Notes under the pieces: model-generated
What the model was told of the DNA's origin: nothing
What the model saw: the letters and a program-made list of their open reading frames with translations, nothing else
The model's database searches: none
Part shown: positions 58,582 through 64,000 of the stretch, piece after piece
Layout: every line of letters starts with the position of its first letter
Numbering within the stretch: position 1 is the stretch's first letter
Made by a program: the position numbers and the translations under genes
Origin: an uncultured Chloroflexia bacterium
Lineage (GTDB): Bacteria > Chloroflexota > Anaerolineae > JAAYZQ01
DNA length: 64,000 bases
Assembly (NCBI GenBank): GCA_963700285.1
Contig: CAVOXA010000001.1
Location: 1,344,001-1,408,000 of the forward strand
Direction of reading: 5' to 3'

Positions 58582-59391
58582 ATGAGACCCTTGTTGGAGG
58601 CAGCGTCCCTCTCTTACGTCTATCATGGACGCCGGGGGGATCTCCTGGCCTTGGACCAGATGGATATGGTTGTTGGCGAGGGCGAGTTTCTGGCTATTGT
58701 AGGTCCCTCCGGCTGTGGAAAGAGTACATTGTTGCGGCTCCTTGGCGGGCTGCTGGTCCCAACAGCAGGTCAAGTCCGCCTGGACATCCAGCGCCAGCAG
58801 TTGCGGGCGGGGTCAAGCGACGCCGCCTCACCTTCAAGACCGCTGGGTCGCCGGCTGGGGCCTGAGGTGGCCGTTGTCTTCCAGAATGCGAACCTGATGC
58901 CCTGGCGCACGGTTCTGCGCAATGTGATGCTGCCACTGGAGGTGGCAAGAGTGCCGCGGGAGGAGTCGGAACGGCGCGCCGGGAAGCTTTTGGGGGCGGT
59001 TGGGCTGGCGGGTTTTGAGCAGGCCTATCCCCGAGAGCTTTCCGGTGGTATGGCTCAGCGGGCCGCCCTGGCCCGGTCTCTGGTTGGGGACCCAGCCCTG
59101 CTGCTGCTCGACGAGCCCTTTGGTTCCCTTGATGCGCTGAGCCGTGAGAGGATGAACCTGGATCTGCTCCGCATCTGGCGCGATCAGGGGGTCACTGCGG
59201 TGATGGTTACCCACGATCTCGAAGAGGCGGTGTTTCTGGCAGATCGAGTGCTGGTCATGTCAGCACGACCGGGCCGGATCTGTGCTGAGGTGCAAGTGGA
59301 TCTGCCCCGGCCGCGGACCCTAGAAGTTACATACACAGAGTTCTTTGGCGTTCTTTCTCGGCGGGTACGCGAAGCGATTGGGAGCGCATGA
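58582..59391 (+). CDS. ABC transporter ATP-binding protein (SsuB/TauB-like)
   Basis: Motifs GPSGCGKST, LSGGMAQR, LLLDEPFGSLD, VTHD. Confidence 0.92.
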   Translation: MRPLLEAASLSYVYHGRRGDLLALDQMDMVVGEGEFLAIVGPSGCGKSTLLRLLGGLLVPTAGQVRLDIQRQQLRAGSSDAASPSRPLGRRLGPEVAVVFQNANLMPWRTVLRNVMLPLEVARVPREESERRAGKLLGAVGLAGFEQAYPRELSGGMAQRAALARSLVGDPALLLLDEPFGSLDALSRERMNLDLLRIWRDQGVTAVMVTHDLEEAVFLADRVLVMSARPGRICAEVQVDLPRPRTLEVTYTEFFGVLSRRVREAIGSA

Positions 59392-59422
59392 TCACTATCA
59401 ATGTAAGGGAGGATGCGATACC

Positions 59423-59656
59423 ATGAACAAGATAGTCAACATCACCACAGGGCTGGTTCTGGGTGCGGTGGTTGGTGCAGGCATGGTCTTACTCTTGGCC
59501 CCACAGAGTGGGGAGGACACACGGCAGGGGATCCGCGACCGCGTCCACGAGATTCTGGCCGAGGGGCAACATGCAGCCGAAACGCGGCGGCTTGAGCTGG
59601 CGGACCGCTTTGAGACGCTCAAACAGCCTGGAGGACAGACCCAACCGACGCGGTGA
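59423..59656 (+). CDS. YtxH-domain small protein
   Basis: GLVLGAVVGAGMVLLLAPQSGEDTRQGI. GGAGG RBS. Confidence 0.8.
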   Translation: MNKIVNITTGLVLGAVVGAGMVLLLAPQSGEDTRQGIRDRVHEILAEGQHAAETRRLELADRFETLKQPGGQTQPTR

Positions 59657-59859
59657 CTGGGCTAGTGGATTATCCGGGCCTCTAGGGCTAGCTCGCCCCT
59701 GCGAGGCCGCACGCCAGCGGAACCTCTACGTATAGTGCGCGCGCCCAGAGACCCGAAGCGATATGGCGCCTGGCCAGGAGCAGGACTTGTACTGCCGCCT
59801 CTGTCCGTTTCGCCTGCTGTCTCTTGCCCTTGGGCTTGGTCAGTCGCGAAGCGTGGAGT

Positions 59860-61296
59860 CTAGAGCTGCCCGGCCTCCATGGCTGACAGCAGCGCCATGC
59901 CTTTGTGTATGGGATCGGCAGCAACGCGCTGGGCCAGTGCCCCGGCCTGAGCCTGGGCTTCAGCCCGCACAGCGGCCTGATCGGTGCAGAGCAGCTCGCC
60001 GTCACGTATCAGCACCTGTCCGGCTACCATTACCATCTTGACTTCGTGCCCGCTTCCAGCGTAGACCAGGTTGGGCACAATGTTGCGTACGGGCAGATCC
60101 ACGACCGGGGAGAGGTTGGGTGAGCTCAGATCCACCAGGATAACGTCAGCCTGTTTGCCAACTTCTAGCGATCCAATCTCCTCTCCCAATCCGATTGCCT
60201 GGGCCCCCTCCACCGTGGCCATTCGCAGAACCTTCCAGGCAGGCATGACTGCGGGGTCGCGTGACTGAATTTTGTTAAAGAGGGCTGTGAGCTTCATCTC
60301 GTTAAAGATGTTGTTGCAGTTATTGCCGCTGGCCTGATCAGAGCCGAGCGCTACCATGCCTCCAGCTTCCTGGAAAGCCCGGGCTGGGGGGACGATACCG
60401 TCGATGATGCCAATGCTGCCAGAGCAGAGGGCCATGCGTGCCCCGCGTCGAGCGATCAGCGCAGCCTCGTCGTCGGTGGCCTCGGTCAGGTGCACGGCTA
60501 GCAGTTGCTCATCCAGATAACCCAAATCGTCCAGAAAGGCAGGCGTCCGCTGTCCATAGCGCTGGACTAGTTGATCGATCTCGCGATCCCCCTGGGCAAC
60601 GTGCATGTGGATCATCCACCCTTGGCTATCCGCGACTCGCTTGATTTGGAGGAGTTGCTCTCGAGGGATCATATCGGGTCCCTGCGGGCCAAGCATGACG
60701 GAAATCCGCCCGTCAGCAGCACCCTGCCACTCCTGGCAGAAGGCAATGGCTGTGTCAGCGGCTGCCTTGCCGGCCTCCAAATCAAAGGGATAGAGGTCCC
60801 CGACCTTCCAGCCTGCCATGTCCCGCGGCGGGAGGGCGCTGATCCTGGGTGTGAGCCGGGCTCGAACGCCAAGCTCAACAAAGGCTTCGGGCCAGCCGGG
60901 GTAGGGCACGGCATAGTCACCCATCGTCGTTGTCCCCGCCATGAGGGCCTCCACGACGTTGAGGCGCGTCCCGGCCAGGGATGCCTGTGGGGTGATGTGC
61001 CGGGTATAGGGGGCCAAGGCGCGCTGCATCCAATGCGTCACGTCCTGTGCCACGCCGCGGATGATGGCCAGTGGTGTGTGCATGTGGGCATCGATCAGGC
61101 CTGGCAGCACCGCACAGTCTGTTGCATCAACGACGTCAATGGCCTCATAGCGTGTGGACAGCCTGGCAGTAGCTCCCACCGCGACGATGCGGCTCCCCTG
61201 TATCGCCACGGCACCGTCGGCCAGATAGCCTACTCCCTTACCCGCCATGCTGAACAGGTGGGCGTGAGTTATGAGTGTGTCAGCCCGTTCGGCCAC
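59860..61296 (-). CDS. Amidohydrolase (MTA/SAH deaminase, atrazine-chlorohydrolase-like family)
   Basis: Motifs PGLIDAHMH, AGTTTMGD, IHMHVAQ, AVHL, ALGSDQASGNN, IGSLEVGKQAD. Confidence 0.88.
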   Translation of the reverse strand: MAERADTLITHAHLFSMAGKGVGYLADGAVAIQGSRIVAVGATARLSTRYEAIDVVDATDCAVLPGLIDAHMHTPLAIIRGVAQDVTHWMQRALAPYTRHITPQASLAGTRLNVVEALMAGTTTMGDYAVPYPGWPEAFVELGVRARLTPRISALPPRDMAGWKVGDLYPFDLEAGKAAADTAIAFCQEWQGAADGRISVMLGPQGPDMIPREQLLQIKRVADSQGWMIHMHVAQGDREIDQLVQRYGQRTPAFLDDLGYLDEQLLAVHLTEATDDEAALIARRGARMALCSGSIGIIDGIVPPARAFQEAGGMVALGSDQASGNNCNNIFNEMKLTALFNKIQSRDPAVMPAWKVLRMATVEGAQAIGLGEEIGSLEVGKQADVILVDLSSPNLSPVVDLPVRNIVPNLVYAGSGHEVKMVMVAGQVLIRDGELLCTDQAAVRAEAQAQAGALAQRVAADPIHKGMALLSAMEAGQL

Positions 61297-61337
61297 GATG
61301 ACTCCTTTCAGTTGCGGGCCCGCTCCCTGGATGGGCT

Positions 61338-61970
61338 TCAGTCAAACATCGCGGGACGGTTGGGATCCCCCAGATGGGCAAGCACCTCCGCCAGGTGCCG
61401 CTCATTGGTCCGGCTCGAGGACAGTGGGGGCAAATCGTCAAAGTCAAAGAACTCGGCGGCAAGGGTCTCGTTGCTGGGGCGGGCCTGGCCTCCGGTCAGC
61501 TTGCACAGGAAGACTATTTTGTAGGCGTGATAGAATGTCAAGGGCGTTCCATCGCGGTTGGCATCAAAGACCCCCACTACCTTGGCTGGCACTACGTCGA
61601 ACCCACTCTCTTCCCATACCTCGCGGATGACCACCTCGGAAGGGAGATCGCCGACGTCAGCCCAGCCTCCTGGCATACACCAACGTTCGTCGGCCCGCTC
61701 CTGGACCAGGAGGATCCTGCCAGCGCGTGTGACAGCACCCCGCACATCCACCTTGGGGGTTGCATAGCCCGGCTGCATTCGAAAGTCCTGGAGCAGAGAG
61801 TCCAGGGGAAGCCCGGTCTGGCTATGGACGATTTCGCCGGCGATCTCGGTTAGGCGCTGGTAGCGAAGCGTGTCGTATTCGGTTTCACTGAAAGTCAGGC
61901 CGGTCTGGCTGAGAGCCTGGATCTCTCGGGCCCAGGCCAGCCAATGTGGCGTGCTCCTCCCTGACTCCAA
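61338..61970 (-). CDS. Nudix hydrolase with N-terminal Nudix_N domain (YjhB-like)
   Basis: Motifs IQALSQTGLTF, GYATPKVDVRG, and Nudix box PGGWADVGDLPSEVVIREVWEESG. Confidence 0.9.
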   Translation of the reverse strand: MESGRSTPHWLAWAREIQALSQTGLTFSETEYDTLRYQRLTEIAGEIVHSQTGLPLDSLLQDFRMQPGYATPKVDVRGAVTRAGRILLVQERADERWCMPGGWADVGDLPSEVVIREVWEESGFDVVPAKVVGVFDANRDGTPLTFYHAYKIVFLCKLTGGQARPSNETLAAEFFDFDDLPPLSSSRTNERHLAEVLAHLGDPNRPAMFD

Positions 61971-62630
61971 TCAATCACCAGCCTCAAGGATCACTGTTTC
62001 TCCGGCGTAGAGTTTGGTGAAAGACCGTCCATCGTCGTCTGTCCCGATACCAGAACCAAAGTGCATCGGGACGACAACTTGGGGCTGTATGGTGCGAGCC
62101 GCTTCTGCTGCCTCTTCTGCCGTCATCACGTATTTGCCGCTGACGGGCAACAGGGCTACATCGCAGCCCAAGTCTGCCATCTCGGGGATGTGATCGGTGT
62201 CCCCGGCAAAGTAGAGTCGCTGGCCACCGATGGTGACAATATAGCCCACCATGTCGGCCTCCCTGGGGTGGAAAGGGACTCCAGGTGAGCGAAACTTGTT
62301 GGTGTTGTAAGCGCGTACCGCCTCGATCTCGACTCCGGCTATCGTCATGCTCTCTCCAGGGCGGATGATCTGTGCCCCAGGTAGCTGCTCTGCTGCGCCA
62401 GAATTGCAGACCACTACGGTGTCTGGTCCACTGATGGTTTCTATGTCTTTGGGCGAGCAGTGATCGCCGTGTTCGTGGCTGATCAGCACAAGATCGGCTA
62501 CGTGCCCCAGGCCCTCAATATCAGTTGGGTGCAGCTGCCAGGGATCAAAGTAGATGATGGGCGGGCCATCCAGTCGGAAACTATCATGTCCCAGCCAATG
62601 CAACTTGTTAAGTAGCTCCTGGATGTTCAT
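61971..62630 (-). CDS. MBL-fold metallo-hydrolase
   Basis: Motifs WLGHDSF, ISHEHGDH, YFAGDTD, ALLPVSG, VVPMHF. Confidence 0.88.
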   Translation of the reverse strand: MNIQELLNKLHWLGHDSFRLDGPPIIYFDPWQLHPTDIEGLGHVADLVLISHEHGDHCSPKDIETISGPDTVVVCNSGAAEQLPGAQIIRPGESMTIAGVEIEAVRAYNTNKFRSPGVPFHPREADMVGYIVTIGGQRLYFAGDTDHIPEMADLGCDVALLPVSGKYVMTAEEAAEAARTIQPQVVVPMHFGSGIGTDDDGRSFTKLYAGETVILEAGD

Positions 62631-62709
62631 GCTACCCTCCTTGGGTTATCCACTTCTGAAACCGGTACCCGGATTCCGGAATTGATTGTGCCCCATTATA
62701 CAACAACTT

Positions 62710-63945
62710 TCAGTGGATCGGCAACCTGTGCTCTGAGTAGAATAGCAGGGCCAGCAAGACGCCCAGCGCCAGGATCAGATAGATGGTGAGTAGCGCCATG
62801 GCGCTCTGCGGACTGATCGATTCAAAGAGTTGTCCCATGAGCAGAGGCAGTGTCATGCCCCCCAAGCTGGCCCCAACCAGAAACCAGCCGGTGATCTGGC
62901 CAGTGATGGTCACGCGGTGCTCGGCAAGCGTCACGGCAGTGGGAAAAACCGACGCCATGAACAGGCCCATGCCGATGGTGGCCGCCCAGGTTGCCAGCGG
63001 TGACTGGGGCCAAAGGAGCAGGACGCTCACGCTGGCCAGACATCCGACAGCGTCGGCGAGGAGGATCCATCGGGGGCGTACCCGGCTGGCAATCGGTATG
63101 GCCAGCAGCCGGCCGAAGGTCAGGGCGCCCCAATAGGCTGAAGTGAGATAGACCGCAGCAGTCGCACTGCCCAGATCCAGAGCGATAGCGTAGCTATAGA
63201 TCCAGCCACCAAAACCACTCTCGACACCGACAAAGAGGAACAGGATCAGCGTAATCAGTAGCACGACAGTGCGCTCGCGGAGCACTGGTCTCGGATCCGC
63301 TGTGGCCTGTGCGTCAGTTGTCGCTGGCGGGGCTTGAGCTTCAATCTGCGCTACCGGACTGGCCAGCCGCAACAACCAGGCGGCGACAGGCAACATCAGC
63401 ACTGCCAGTGTCCAGAAGGCCCACGAGATCTCACCTCTGGCCAACAAAGCCCGGCCAACGATGATTGGGGAGACAAGTGCCCCCAGTCCCCAGAAGAAAT
63501 GGAGGCCGTTCATGAACGGTCCCACCCTGCGGCCATGTACCCATACTAGCAGTGCGTTTCCACCGACATCCACAGTACCCTGAGCCGCACCGAGCACGGC
63601 CATGATAGGAATCAACAACCAGAGCCGGGGTAAAAAAGGGGTGAGAGCCAGCATTGAGGACACAACCAGCAGCCCAGCAGCCATGAGCGGGTTGCCTGGC
63701 ACTCGGTCATATGTGCGTCCCGCCAGGAGGGAACCAACCAGGTAGCCCACCGCGACGGCCGTGAATAGAAAGCTTACCTCGCTCAATCGGGACTGCGTCT
63801 GGCCGGCTAGCCCCGGGAGGGTTGGCCCCAGGATGGCTCCTGCCATTCCCAGGGCAATAAAAGCGAGGTAGTAGGCGGCAGTCAGAGACCAGCGCCGCCA
63901 GTCACTCACCGTATCTATTGCAACTGCCGCGTGATTGTCCGTCAT
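62710..63945 (-). CDS. MFS transporter (fucose-permease/MFSD4-like)
   Basis: 12 TM segments. Motifs GPTLPGLA, DVGGNALL..LHFFWGLGALVSP, FVGVESGFGGWI, MASVFPT. Confidence 0.88.
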   Translation of the reverse strand: MTDNHAAVAIDTVSDWRRWSLTAAYYLAFIALGMAGAILGPTLPGLAGQTQSRLSEVSFLFTAVAVGYLVGSLLAGRTYDRVPGNPLMAAGLLVVSSMLALTPFLPRLWLLIPIMAVLGAAQGTVDVGGNALLVWVHGRRVGPFMNGLHFFWGLGALVSPIIVGRALLARGEISWAFWTLAVLMLPVAAWLLRLASPVAQIEAQAPPATTDAQATADPRPVLRERTVVLLITLILFLFVGVESGFGGWIYSYAIALDLGSATAAVYLTSAYWGALTFGRLLAIPIASRVRPRWILLADAVGCLASVSVLLLWPQSPLATWAATIGMGLFMASVFPTAVTLAEHRVTITGQITGWFLVGASLGGMTLPLLMGQLFESISPQSAMALLTIYLILALGVLLALLFYSEHRLPIH

Positions 63946-64000
63946 GGGTGGCCCATCAGGCGGAGGGTAGCGGTCCGTAGTGCCGTGTGTCCGCCGGCGT

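Noticed and set aside
1-64000. CRISPR arrays, tRNA/rRNA genes, transposases, integrases and prophage genes
   Set aside because: I saw no regularly spaced repeats, cloverleaf or rRNA signatures, or mobile-element protein motifs by eye. A formal scan was not possible.

Overview
This is bacterial DNA whose gene content (RibXY-type riboflavin ABC transporter, exosortase, baeRF protein, sigma70-type promoters) suggests a Chloroflexota/Anaerolineae-like genome; the taxonomy is inference. Several segments carry dense indels that look like long-read consensus errors. The window holds, left to right: (1) a minus-strand Wzx/Wzy polysaccharide locus of about 20 kb with a priming transferase, a degenerate Wzc, flippase, polymerase, sulfotransferase, three GT4s, a deacetylase, a GHL10 hydrolase, two FemABX-like transferases and a secreted beta-helix protein; (2) a decayed aminotransferase, an HDIG protein, comEC, an HtrA lipoprotein and a GGQ-less baeRF/Balon-like protein; (3) an exosortase/EpsI pair facing a glycoside hydrolase with a TM-plus-basic C-terminal tail; (4) cyoE, a NarL/NreC-type regulator and a selenocysteine formate dehydrogenase operon (fdnGHI-fdhE) preceded by an NreC-like palindrome and a Moco/Tuco riboswitch; (5) two-component genes; (6) an unusual three-gene NRPS-like unit made of an oxalate-CoA-ligase-like A-T protein, a C-T-hexapeptide acyltransferase and a circularly permuted CE4 deacetylase; (7) mutL and an FMN-riboswitch-controlled ribX-[GT-C]-ribY-ATPase operon; (8) housekeeping hydrolases and an MFS transporter. 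The best candidate for an undescribed system is the NRPS-like unit, which may de-acetylate and re-acylate a glycan. Its deacetylase appears to be a circular permutant of the deacetylase in the polysaccharide locus.
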